From Lytechinus pictus (taxonomy: Eukaryota): DNA of 64,000 nt. How positions within the stretch are numbered: position 1 is the first letter of the stretch; each line of letters opens with the position of its first letter. The notes beneath the pieces are model-generated. The model was given only the letters and a program-made list of their open reading frames with translations. It did no database searches and was not told the origin of the DNA. The position numbers and the translations under genes are program-made. The DNA lies in assembly GCF_037042905.1 (NCBI RefSeq), contig NC_087251.1, positions 32,304,001 to 32,368,000 of the forward strand. The letters run 5' to 3'. Below, piece by piece: positions 12,101 through 25,700 of the stretch.

Positions 12101-15100
12101 TGGTATTTATGTTATAGAGCCGGTTGTTCCATTCACGGTGGGTTTTCTTTGTTCCGTTATACATGACCACATTAAGTGATCATAACAATAACAAAAGTGA
12201 AGCTAACATATCATTTTTCCTCATCTGAAAGTCTTTAAGGGAATTTTGTCGAGAAATAGAATCAGGATGGCTGTCAAATCAGTATTTAGCCCACCAACAT
12301 GGGATAGCAACAATGACAAGTGAGTAATTATGCCGCAAATTGAGTAAAGACCAATTACTCCCAGTCGACAAGTTGCTATGGTGTTAATTCAATTTTTTCG
12401 TAGCCTTCACCCAACACGCCTTGTTCCATTAGACAGTTAGGACGAGAGTCGCAAATTTGAACCAGCATTCATTAATTTCCTGGCCAATTCGATTGTGGAT
12501 CCCAGTAAAGTCTTTATCCCCACACGACCAGTTTCGTGTCATGACTGATCGCAAATTGGCATCACATCCTGGCCACCAGGGACATATAGACGGAAATATG
12601 TAGGAAATATAAGATTCACACTCTCCGAACTCCCAGGTTGATGGCGGGAAAACAAAAATATCTGAAAATTGCAATCCATCACTGGATATTAACCCCTTCC
12701 CTTAGTCCGAAAAACACATGCGTTTATATAGATGGTGCATATAATATGGTAATCCCTTTTAAAATATGATTTCGAAGTAAATCGGAAATATGATCAGAGT
12801 CACGACTTACTGCATCATAATTTATAGTCAAGACTATCAACTCTATCATTTCATCATTCAAACCATACGTTTGAAAAGTTGATGGCTGAGTCACAAAGTA
12901 CTATACTGCGTATGCGACCATCTTACCACATTCCCTTTCTATTTATGTTCAAACACAGCTTATGAAATGATAAAGAAGCAAATTTTGGTTCAAATATATT
13001 TATCACAATGGAATCTACGAAGTGAAATTTTCACCAAACAGCGTCTATAATACATCAAATTATCCTGTGAAGTAAATCTAAATGACTGAAATACCTAAAT
13101 AATTTATACTAGTTTATATATAGAATATGCTTTACGGATATATAATATACTTTACGGATACAAAATAATGGTTAACGTATATATAACGATTATCATTTTC
13201 TAATGAGGTCGCTGTCGGCGAAGTATTTGAATAGAAAGAATCAAATTTACTACACTTTTAATAGAAATAGAAAATTAAATTATATTCAAATAAATCCCCG
13301 ACAGCGGTAATCATATTATAAAAAAAACTTACTTTGAGTATCTGAATCGGCATTGTCACCATGTGGGATCTGTCTGGTCACTAACAACGGAGGACTCGCT
13401 GAAGATTTAAGAGAAAAGAAATATTACTGAATAAATATTTGTGTATTCTTAAAAAAAAAAAGAAATCTTCAATACTTCTGGACAACGTAGAAAAAAAATC
13501 ACCTAAGTAATCACGGTAACGTATCAAACGTGAACTCGTGCTGGTTAGTTGAGAGAAAGCAATATATTATTTATTTATTTATTTATCTATCTATTTATTT
13601 ATTTGGTTTTGTTTATCCAGGGTAACCCCGTCAGTGGACTAAGCATTGTTTTTCTTTGGGGCCCTGTAAGTCGCTATTACTGAATTATTGTTTTGGTCTA
13701 GAGAATCTCGGAATGTTGTTCTCACAAGAATCAGAAGTGGAATCTTGAATTTCTCGAGTCTTCATATGAAATCATCTGATATCACTTACTCTATAAATAT
13801 TGATCGATATATTGGTCTTAACCTACGGTACTAATTACGTTATGATATCTAAGCCTTGTTTCAAGTTATTTATGGAATGAGCTTAAGAAATTGCATATCA
13901 CACGACGGTCGATCGCTTTCTTCCTTTAAAATTGGTCAGATGAACCGATCTCAATCATACATTCTCATTCCATAACCTTTTACATTTCTTGTGTAAATAT
14001 AAGACGCCATTGTTTGTTTTAACAACGCAAATTACGGACTGACTGAATTTTGACAACTTTTCATTCACAAATATTTAGCAATTCACACTGTTACTTATTA
14101 TCCGTTCATCTTTATTGAGATGTATATTCATATAAAGTGCTAATGAAGTTTAAACAAATGCATCAACAACCAAATTTTTTTTACTCATTACTTAATGTCT
14201 AATCTATATGCATTGTACTTTGAGACTTGATGGTGATGTCGATAGTTGAGGGGAAAATCTTAGAGTGCATATATGCGATACAAACCTGATGAAATCAAGA
14301 AAGATAAGAAAAGATGTTGGTTCGTACTTGACCTACCGTCTTGCGGACCCCCACTGTCAACCGTCGGTTCTTCTGGTTGCTCGTCTGAATTGAGTGAGAG
14401 AAAGAGTTTAAAGGAAACTATTACAGAAGTACTACAGCCTTGGAGGTTGGAACCTAAGACGAGATATCCCTACGCGTCTTGCACTTGCCCGACACATCAT
14501 CGCCTGTCTACCACACAGCCGTGGCCCGATAAGAGGAAGTTAGGGGTAATAGCTTCCAGAGGAAGGGGGTAACCGTGCACCCCCTCCATACAGGTGTGTA
14601 CTCTTAGCGTAACAAGCTGTAGTGGACCAGTGCATACTGGTCTGAAATTTAGGGTGCTTTTTTTTTTTTTTTTTGGCTTTGGGGAACAAGACATCATTTG
14701 AGCGTATATTGAAGAAGACATGAAAAGAACAGGTGTTTGTTTGGAAAAGATGTGAATTGAAAAGAAGGAGCGATATATTTGTGGGTAAACTAGTTGAGTA
14801 GTATGGTATAAAAGTCCCGACGGAAAAAACAGCCAGCAATCATTAAGAGAAGCAGAGGGGTGTAAATTAGCGGGCAAGCAGACAGACTATGTGATCAGGC
14901 AAGGAAAGTACCATTGTGACACAAGAATCAATGCTAGAGTATAAATATATGTTCTTCCAATCAACAATGATAATAAAGGCAGCATTGGAAAATAGAAAAG
15001 AAATTGATTCAAGGTAGAATATAATCTAATTTCGATTTACATAAGTGAAATATGAAAACATTGTGTTATCAAAACATTCTCGTGAAAAAGCAAGAAACTT

Positions 15101-18100
15101 TAGGGGGGAAAGGGAAACAGGAGAATAAGAAAGGAAGAATGATTAAAAAACACCTAAATTTGATTTTCTTGAAAACTTACTTTCATTATCTGATGAGTCA
15201 GACCAATGTCCATCGCGAACTGGGAATAGGACTGGTGATAGAAGCAAAATTTAATCATCGTACATTTTAAGAGATTAATATAAAAAATATCTACAAACCC
15301 ATGCTCGCAGATTTAAATTTATCTTAAATCATGGACAAAAATAAATCCATTAGTTAAGCATCATGGATTCAAATTATTTATTGGTAACCGATTTTAATTT
15401 AGTGCATTAAATATCATTTATTCGACGCTACAAGTTTGGGACTTCTCACCATTTCATATAAATTTGCTTTTATTATTATCTTCTCAATAAATTGTAGTTC
15501 CCTCAGTCATTGTGTTAATCAGTTATGAGTCTTATTACAATTTTAAAAGCAATTCCACATGCAAACATAATACTGCCATTTCGAAGAAAAAAGCATTGCA
15601 ATTTTCAAATAGGTTGCTAGTTTATATAATCTACATCAGCAAGCAACATTGGAAATTATTTTGCACTTTTTTTTCTTTAAACATTACGCAAATATTTCAC
15701 TAAGGTAAAGAAAATGTTAATACACGTTAGTACATAAAATGCACTGAAAGAAACGAAAGTTAGATAATTAGTATTATGAAAACGTTACAATGAAAATAAA
15801 GCAAGAAATGTCAAGTTCATGATCAGAATGAATTAGTTTCGAATGTTACGTACTATTATTTTGACATGATGACCATCACATTTACCTATAACCATGGAAA
15901 TAGAAGTTTACCTCTATGTTATAACTATACACTTCGTGCTATTGGAAGATAGGTATAAGCACTCGTTCGATTGAAATATCTCTTCTTGGGAGAGATGAAT
16001 AAATACTGATTTAACTGCAGTAAAGTGTCTGTTTCAATAAATAAAAAAATTGAAAAAATATAATAATTATATGCGAGATATAGAGTTTGGAATTTTGACT
16101 ATCTTACATCAATTACCAGCAGCTTTCTAAAGATTTAATGTCATATTCACAAGAATAAAATGGCATTTTCCATTGTTCCTAATGGCTGCATATATACTTT
16201 TTGTTAACAGAAAGGTGTAAAAATATCATGTCTGATGATATATTGGAAGCAAATATAAAATAAGTTTAATCTGTCTCAGAAAATGGCACTTTGTGAAATT
16301 TATATGGTGGAGCTGCTAGCATGCCATGTCCACCCCCAAAATGAATAACATTGAAAATATCAATGTCTGTTGTTATTAACATCAACAAGGCGACAGTGCA
16401 GACTTCCCTAAACAACAAAACCTTCTGGTACTATTTTGCAGTTTTGATCTTTGCAAATTATGATGAATCATATCATATGATCACCCCACCCCCCCTCTCT
16501 CTCTCTTTCGATGTACATGTAGGTAATGCTACAAATATGGTCAAGTTCAATATAAACAAGGGACATTCCTTCCATCTTTCAAACATTTCCATACATCACC
16601 GGTATCAAATAGAAGCAATTTTCCAATTAAGACGGCTGCGTGTGCGCCCCAATCTGGAGGTGGTGTTATTGTTAGGAGCTTGTTGTGTCAATGTAGAGGT
16701 GTTTGAGTAGCACCCTCAGTCCCTCGTTCTCCCTGCAGGTGACACCTGTGTAATCTACACTGATGGGATCTGAACTGTTTGCCCATCCCCTTTTATGACT
16801 CTGGATTACCCTTCAGGGCAACAAAAAGGTGTCATAATCGTTCTTATATTGCCTGATCGTACAACAGCAAACCCTCCGATGACAGACGGACGTATCGTTA
16901 TCCTCTCTGTAAAACCACTCAAAAACATGTCAGCACGTCTAGCCAGAAATATTAGACCCACTTCTTTGTATAGCTTTGATCTTCTTATACCAGACCACCT
17001 TTCCCAACATCGTCAAATATCAACTATCAACCACTTTTCATATCAGAATGCTTAGCTGTTTTGAGTTTGTTTTTTTTTTGCTTAAAAAAATGAAAATAGT
17101 GTTTAACAAAATGTACGTGTATCTTCAAGAACATATAATTTGATGAATATATATAATTTCAACTTCTATTCCACTAGAGATATCATACTCTAAGCTTACG
17201 AAGGTGCAATAAGGAGGAAAGGTGAGGTATGTGATAAACATATCATTTCCGCAATAAATTATTACAGTACCGTGGGGTCGTTTTTTTACATGACATTATT
17301 TTTATTCTTCGCATTATCACAGAGGTGTAAAATATTTTTATTTTTACCACACAAGATGGTGGATGATCATAATTCAACCATTACAACGCGTGAGAACATG
17401 AAAATGAAACCAGTATTCTATGCATGTGGCAGGGGCTGTTTTCATTTATGATCCCTCTTCAGTGTGGTAGAAGTTGACATGAAAGACGTGAGTGTTGGGA
17501 CTGCACGTCTCTCCACCCCGACACGCCCAAATCGAAATAGTACTAACGGCACCACAAGAAACAATCCCACGGAGTTTATTGGACTGTCGTAATTTATTTT
17601 GAGGTAAATCATTGGGAGAAATATTATTGGTTAAATTAAAAGTAGAATCTTACTACTAGCTCTTGACGAGTTTACAAGTTACACTAAATATTTCATGGTA
17701 GCGTATCAAACATTAACCATTTAAACAAGAAAACACAATTATGCACCCTCTTTTACCATCAAGCAAATAAACCGAACCGAACCGTAATACCATTCGCACA
17801 ATCTCAAACAACATCCACTTGACATAATAGCATTAGTTATTCATTTTACGAGCCCCCAGACAACAAAACCAACTAAGCACATAATCACCAATGACAAACA
17901 TAAAACAGATGTTAACCAATGAAATGGAGGGCTATAAAGAGAAGCAAGAGGTAAAGTGCAATTAAAAGAAAATTAAGGTAATGCAGGTGCCATGGAATGG
18001 TTTGAAAATAAGGGGGGAATGCCAGGAAAAGCAAAGGTACAGGCCTGTTTCAACACAGCTGTGTGTAGACATTCACTTTCCATTGATAAAATAAGATTTC

Positions 18101-19523
18101 TTTTTCAATTTTCTCTTGGTAGTCAGATGTATTTCAGATTGAATGTTCCGTTTCAGACAAAACCGACAAACTAATATAAATTTACAATCTCGATTTTCTC
18201 AGGTGATTATGTTCACGTATTTTTTTTTTCTCTTTCCCGACTCTTAAATCTCAAACTAAATCGGTTTCCGGCCTGACATTCAAATGAGAAAACCCCAAAT
18301 CATATGCAAATAAAGATGAAAACGTGTGTCTCATAAAAAATGAGTGGGGTGGGTTCATGTGTTTGTGTGTGAGAGTGGAAAGTGAACAAAAGGCAAAAAA
18401 CAAAAATCACGACTGTGCCGGTCAAGTACAAGATCACCTCACGATGTGGTATACTCACTATTGTCGACCCCTAAACACAGCGACCACTCCATCTCGGTCA
18501 GCCGATCATCAGCATCGAGATCGCAAATCTTAACAAAGTCTTTGGCACAGACCTTTGGCTTGATGATCTTCTTCATGAGTCGGAGCAATGGCTTGAGCTC
18601 TTTGCTGTCGAGGTTGGCGTCCTCGTTGGCGTCGAGGGAACCAAACTTCCACTCGATTACCTGTTTCTCCCATTCCAGAGTCGCTCTCGACGACGAGAAG
18701 GGGATCGGCGAGATGTCCGCTCGAGGAAGCCTGGCGTATTCTTCCTTGAATATCCTTTTCAGGTTTTTGTTGAATTCTTCGCGTTTGTCTTGTCTGCACC
18801 TCGAACCTGAAAACAGTTAAGAGATCTCGATTTCTGTATCGTCTAAAGGCAAACAAAACTGTCTTAAAAGTCTTAATTAATTATCAGCAAGTGTCTTATT
18901 GTAGTACTTGACATACCTACTAATACAGTAACACTGTAACCGAATTCAATCAATCGATCAAGACCTGCGATTCTGTGCAATTCAGTTGTAAACTATAATC
19001 ATTTTAAAGTTAACTTGCGCTTGCATGGTGTCACTTGAAGTATACATTGAGAATGTGTGAATTTGAAGGTCTGGTCGACATGATATACTTCTGATCGGAT
19101 GAAAATTCATGTTCTCAATTTTAAGATAAATCAAAAGCATGAACGGATTAGCAGAATGATGTAGGAGATGATAATTGAAAACCATATTTACCTCCAGACG
19201 ATGATGAAGTTCCTTTGAAGGTTGGTGGATTATCGACAATCGGTTCATCTGGAAGGGGGTCAGACAAATCAAGACGAAATTATTTATTTGGGAAAATGAA
19301 ATATTGACGTACGTACTGGTGCTTAAAATTAACCTAAACTCGCTTCAAATTTTCTAGAGCAATAATACAATATCATTTTCGAAAATACATTAAAATGAGA
19401 CATTGAGGGAAAAGTTCTAAAATGTTAATATATCCATATATTTCAATCTGCCTTTAAAAAATCAAATATGAATATTTTCTATGGGGATTACCTTGAAAAT
19501 ATTATGGTAGTAGTAGTAGTAGA

Positions 19524-19570
<47 letters not shown>

Positions 19571-19587
19571 AAGTTGTAGTAGTAGTA

Positions 19588-19620
<33 letters not shown>

Positions 19621-19692
19621 ATAGTAATGTAGTAATAGTAGTAGTATTAGAAATAATATATGATAGTACTAATGATAATAATAGTAATAATA

Positions 19693-19731
<39 letters not shown>

Positions 19732-22700
19732 TTGATGGTGGTAGAGTTATAAACTCATAACTCATAACTCCATCATGATGATTATGATAATCTGCAGCAG
19801 CATAAGCATCCTTAATATCACAATAATGATGTAGTCATGATTATCAGATTGACAAATATTCAGATGCATAATTATTTGTAAGCCCGAATAAATTTTTCGA
19901 TTTCTTTTATAACTCAATCATTTCAAGAATGTGGAATCCATGTGGTTTGTCTCTACATTAGATCACATTGAAAGAGAAAATCACATAAAGTTCATCATTT
20001 TCATATTTCATAACAAGATAGGGCAATTTTATAACGATAATTGCTCCCCATGGAGCAATACATTCTTGAGCAACCATAATTTACATTCGTTGCCATTACA
20101 TCGCGAAATGGTTAAAATTTTCAGAAACCGGGGGAAAATGGGAATCATAATTCGGTTTTCACTTTTTCACTTTCCTCGTGAATTGCATGCAAACAAGATA
20201 AAACTCGAAGTTCGAAAACAGCCAACTACTCCATGGCGTTTATAGTTATGCATTCGCCGATCGAAATGGGTAAATGACCATATGTCATTTTTTAAATATT
20301 AATTCCCAAAAGCTTTACCTTTGTGCCTTAAGTCTCACCATAGACTTCAATTATAGATTTCCCCTCTCCTTTCTCAAGTTCTTAAAGAGCATACATTGTC
20401 TAATTCATTTTATCAATGAAAACAAAATTGAGAGAATAATGATCTCGATGACATTAATTACCGTGGCAATATTGCACATCGGAAACTCTCTGAGATTGAC
20501 TGTTATCTAAAAGTCATTTGGAAGATGGGTGAAAGAAGTTTAAAGTTCCTTGACGAAGAAGTCATGTAAGTGAGTCCGTATGGAACTTGCAATTAAGTTT
20601 GAAGTCGGTGACATTAATTGACGATTGAATTGACAACATAACAAAAAACTTCTTGATGGCGGAAACTAAAGTTCTTTGTATTTTCTTGATACATTATAGA
20701 ACTTATTTGAAAGAAAAATAAAGAGGGGAATAATTGACATTTTAAGTGATTTGAAGATTCCCTCTCGATATAAATTCAGAGAAGTAAATGTCATGAATAA
20801 AGGGGGTTTGCAAAATAAGATCTAGTGTTTATAATGATAACTAAATAAGGGGAGGTTTATGTGCATCAAAATCAATTTTTCATGAGATAAGAGTTGATTC
20901 GAGAGTGAGGGGTGTGAGGGAGGGGTTATGGTGCCCAATGACCTACCATTCATACCCATGCTCACCCCAATACACCCAAACTTTTGCTCGCATACGTCTT
21001 TATGCATTGGGCCCATCCCCCCCCGAAATAGTTTATGATATAATCATAAATTAGTGCATAATAGTTAGCTTCAACTTCTTCATTTCAGAAAAATAGATTT
21101 TGTATTAGGAATGCAAAGTGCATATTGGTGACTGCTGACATATTGTACAGATGAATATATAGTTTTTCGTCATAACGAAAAAAATTACGAGTTTCAATAG
21201 AATGGTATACAATTATGTAAATGAAGTCTATAGCAGGCTTATGAAAAAGCCAAGCAGCGAACAAATAAAAAGTCGAATGTTTGACATCCAACATTCAAAA
21301 TTATTTTCAGCATGTTCAGATTTGACAGTCAGCATCCCATCGCGAGAAAATGTATTACTCATTTTAAGGAAAGAAATCTGAACAGCATGACTGAGATAGC
21401 ATAAATGCTTACTTCAAGTATTGCGTTAACGATTGGTGTCGGAACTAACGGGTTTAATGTTGGGGTCCATGTAATCACGTTAACTTTGGATAACTCAATT
21501 GGATTCGGTGTAAACTTAAAGAGTATAGGATTAATGTCAAAGCATGTAGTAGGTCCATGGTCAAAGTAACTGAACGTTCTCCGATAGCCAGATTGATAAC
21601 AAAATCCACTCAGCTAGCATAGCACTGATAAAATGTCTACTTTTTAAGGACAGCATAACTTCTTGATTATAATAATCGTACACGAATCTTTAAAATATTA
21701 ATGATTCCTCTTTTAATCACAATCAGGGGCGGCGCCGGGATATTTTACTAACGGAGGGAGCAAGACGATCTAATGCAGACGTCATATATTTCTTAATTGA
21801 ATTATTAGTTAATCGTCCAAGACCTCTACTTTTTATATACTCTACTTCCTCATTTCTTCCCCTTTTCTTGATTTTAACTACTTTTTTACCTCAATTTCGA
21901 AAAATATAAACCCAATTGCTCAATATGTGTCATGCAAATCCTTACGCTTACTTGTTTAAAATCGCAGTTTGGAGATTTTGTTCACCATTGCTGACCTGAA
22001 AGAGGGACAACACTGTATGGAAGACGATGGTTCCAAATACCCCCCCCCCCCCCCCATCCGCTGATCAGGGGTTTTTACTCTGCGCAAGCATCAAAAGAAC
22101 CCATTATCAAGTGTTATAAACCCCTGGTCAGGGATTTGGGGTATTTTGGAACACATTGTGTTCCATAAAACCATACATGAATTACCACAGATGAATCGAA
22201 AAAAAAAAGACTTAAGTTACACTTAAATGTCGATGGTGATGAAAGTGTGTTGATAAGAAACAGATATCTCCTAGGGTTTTTGAATTACAGTTGTGTATAC
22301 TGACATTGCGACACGCGTAAGTGGATCATTTATCATCTTCGGGCTGCATCAATCATATTTAAATGATCCTATACAACGGCAGTACGATCAATCTTGCAAT
22401 GAAATCCCCCCAACCATAAGATTTTCCTCAAAACATCTTGACACATAAAAACAGAGGTCGAGGAGGGTCACCGTTTATATGAGGAGGAATAAATTACTAT
22501 AATTATATAATCTAATATGTTCCATAAATTCTTAAGTCTTCAATTTATAAATAAGACAGTATAAAAAAATGTTGAAAACCCAGAAGATCATTTCAGTTCA
22601 ACATTGTTTGTAAATCTCTCATTAAGAATTTAGAAATAAACCACGTTTAAATTGTAAGAAATTTGAAGGGCTAAATCTCACCCTAAAACAATCCATAACA

Positions 22701-25700
22701 TACTAAGCTGTTCGTAAAGTTTTACGAGTATGATATTCTTTACAAAAATAAACTCTAATGTTCCATGATATTTTAAATGCTGGAATATAATCTTTTCTTA
22801 CCATTTTTCTTCACAACAGAGGAATGCTATGTCGTTAATTAGAACAATATTTTGCATGAAATCATACACAATATTCTACGAATACACATTGAATTATGGG
22901 CGTACAGGCGGGGGCTCTTGCCCCCCCCCCAAAAAAAAAAAATCACGACCAAAAAAAAAACGAGAAAAGGAAAGGGATAAGGGCGAAATATGTAATTATT
23001 CACGACCAAGAAAAAAAAAGAGAAAAGGAAAGGGATAAGGGTGAAATATGAATATTATGTCAAAATCTATCACAAACTTGGATTTTTGTAATAAATATAA
23101 CGAAAATTTTGCTCGGTCGCTTCGCTCGCTCGCAAAGTAAAGTCTTATTAATTGTACACGACACGCCATATCGAGCCCCCTCAAATTTTTTTGGCCCAAT
23201 TACGCCACTGCATTGAATGTTTGGCGAGTAATCATGCTATTAAAATATTATCATCATTTAGAAGGACGAAACACTGCGATTGAGTTGCTGTATATCATTC
23301 CAGCAAAAATAGGCATTGTTTTCGGAAATCAACTTGCATTAACCATGGACCTACTACCGCAGCACGCCAGCGCCCCATCATCACATACCACTGGCGACAC
23401 GCAAAATTTACGGTTGGGTAAAGCAGACGTTACAGAAACTCTATTTTAGAATTTGACAGTGACCTACTAAACTCCTCCCCATTATTTCTAAAATTTATGT
23501 TCATGAAAATACGTGACGACACCCGGCAGATGCTAACTTATCATCCAGACAAAATATGTGTACCTCGCATGCTAGGCATGGTGAGTATGGTTTCTATTTA
23601 TATCTTAAAGGTATTGTTTGAACCATGTTTTCCATCTAAGTAATTATCAAGGATATTATAATTCTTCTTATCCATTGCTTCGTTAACTGACATATTAAAA
23701 TATTTATTCTCATTCAGTGATTCAGGGGCGGCATCGGGGTATTTTGATAAGTGGTGTAAAACGACTTACGGATGACGTCAAAGTATATACAAATATTTTT
23801 AATAAGATTTAAATTGAATAGATTTTATTTCAACTTTAGCTGGAATATGAATAAGCACCCCAAAATCGTCAAATCATGCGTAAATTCGTTTGTAACTTAA
23901 GAACATCTTTTTTTTACCAACCCTAAGTCCGTTTACTATATTACAATTTTTTTTAAAGTTTTCTATTTATTCTACGATCCCGATGGTAAAAGAGATGATA
24001 TGACTCACCGGCTTGTCTGTTACACGTCGGGTTTCCATCCCTAACCGAGGAACCGGCAATCGGTTTTCCTTCCTCAGTAACACACCAACAATAACCAAAG
24101 GACTTATGGCATTGTATCATAGCATAACTACCATCGTCGTTACATTGTGGCACAAACACGGATGTACTGTCAGGTTGCTGGAGATTCTGGGCCCGCTCTA
24201 ACTGACATTTTGTTAATTCTGAAAGGAGAAAATATGAAGAAAAAAATATAAGGCGTTGCTCTATTTTAAATCTATAACAATAATGTTACTCACAGTGGTA
24301 GGTTTTGGGGTTTAGGATGAAATAAACGGAAGTTCCATGATAAAAATACCTCACACGACACAATACCAGATTTCAACTCTGATATCTGATTAATATGTGA
24401 AAGATATTAGGAATTATATTCATAATGGTAATCATCCATTAGATCAGACATATCAACCTGTAATCATATTTACTAACATGATTGAATGTTAGCAAGGATC
24501 ATACTAATCCCTGATCAAACTCAAATAATTTAATAATGCATTTTTTTCTATAGTCAAAGTTCGGTGTCCGTGGACAGTTTTGTCTTGCAAAAGAATATCT
24601 CTACTCAAATGAATGTAGAAACTAGAACAAAGTGACCTTCATTTTGAACACGCAGTCTAAGAATAAATTTGCAAACATAAAATATTTTTTTAATAAATCA
24701 ATTCGTGATGATATTCTGTCCATAACTTTGCAGAAAAAAATGTGAAATATATTTCCACATTCTGAGCATGGCACACATGACGGGGAAACTTCGGATCAGC
24801 TGTGTTTGCAAAGGAACAAACAAAGTATCAAGGAAGAAAATACCTTGAGATATCTTCAAATACATTGTTTTGGACAAAAGACTGTCAAGAGAATGTGAAC
24901 GGTGGTATCACTCAAGTAAACACACAAATAAAAGCTTATGTTGGTCTCGAGCAAGCAGTACCATTTATTTGGTTTGCTTACAATTTCTTCACATTGTAAA
25001 TTAGCCAACAATGTGAGTGGAAAATACTGAAATAGATATATGCTCTGCGATGACTTGTCGCCAAGCTGTCTATTTTGTTACTCCATAATTAGTTTCATAG
25101 GATATTTGTGCAGTGGCTGGTGTATTTTGGAATCATTTGCACACCTGGTATACATACGTTCATCTTCTCAACCTATTCATTCTCTTAAAAAAACCCCAAA
25201 AAACAGATACTTTTTTTTTCTAAGTAGATCCCTAAAAATGAAAATATTATCCATGTTAACATGAAATGAATAAATATATATATATATATAATATGGGAGT
25301 TGCTGATACCCTGTTTGGCGTTCAACGATTTAATAGAGCAACGTCGATCTGGCTCAATTGGGCAAAATGAATTTTCGGACGATTTTTATTTCAGATTTCT
25401 ATTTCAAACAATAAAATAAGGATTTTCAATTCATAACTAAACTTAACTTTTCGAGGTATGTGAACATGAAATATGATACAACTTGGCGTCGTTCGATGGG
25501 TAAAAATATCTATTATAATCGATTCCCTATATGATTTTCAAACCAATCCCGTGAATTGAGAGGTAAAGAAATTCAAATATATATCAAGCGGTAGTTTAGT
25601 TTAATGACACAGAGGATGCAACAATTTAGTAAAATCCATGAGTCTGTTTTTATTTTCTTATTTCAACCCGAAAGTCTACATTTTTATACAAAGGTTGTCG

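Noticed and set aside
18530..18856. 108-aa minus ORF and 124-aa plus ORF (18446-18820) in the track
   Set aside because: These are wrong-frame and antisense shadows of the real EC1 exon.
19502..19765. Poly-Leu/Ser ORF; likewise 39049-39267 and 44460-44870
   Set aside because: These are translations of triplet microsatellites.
21413..21515. AG...GT-bounded open segment (FTPNPIELSK...) in the TY1-EC1 intron
   Set aside because: It is open in phase 0 but has a stop in the phase 1 required by the flanking exons.
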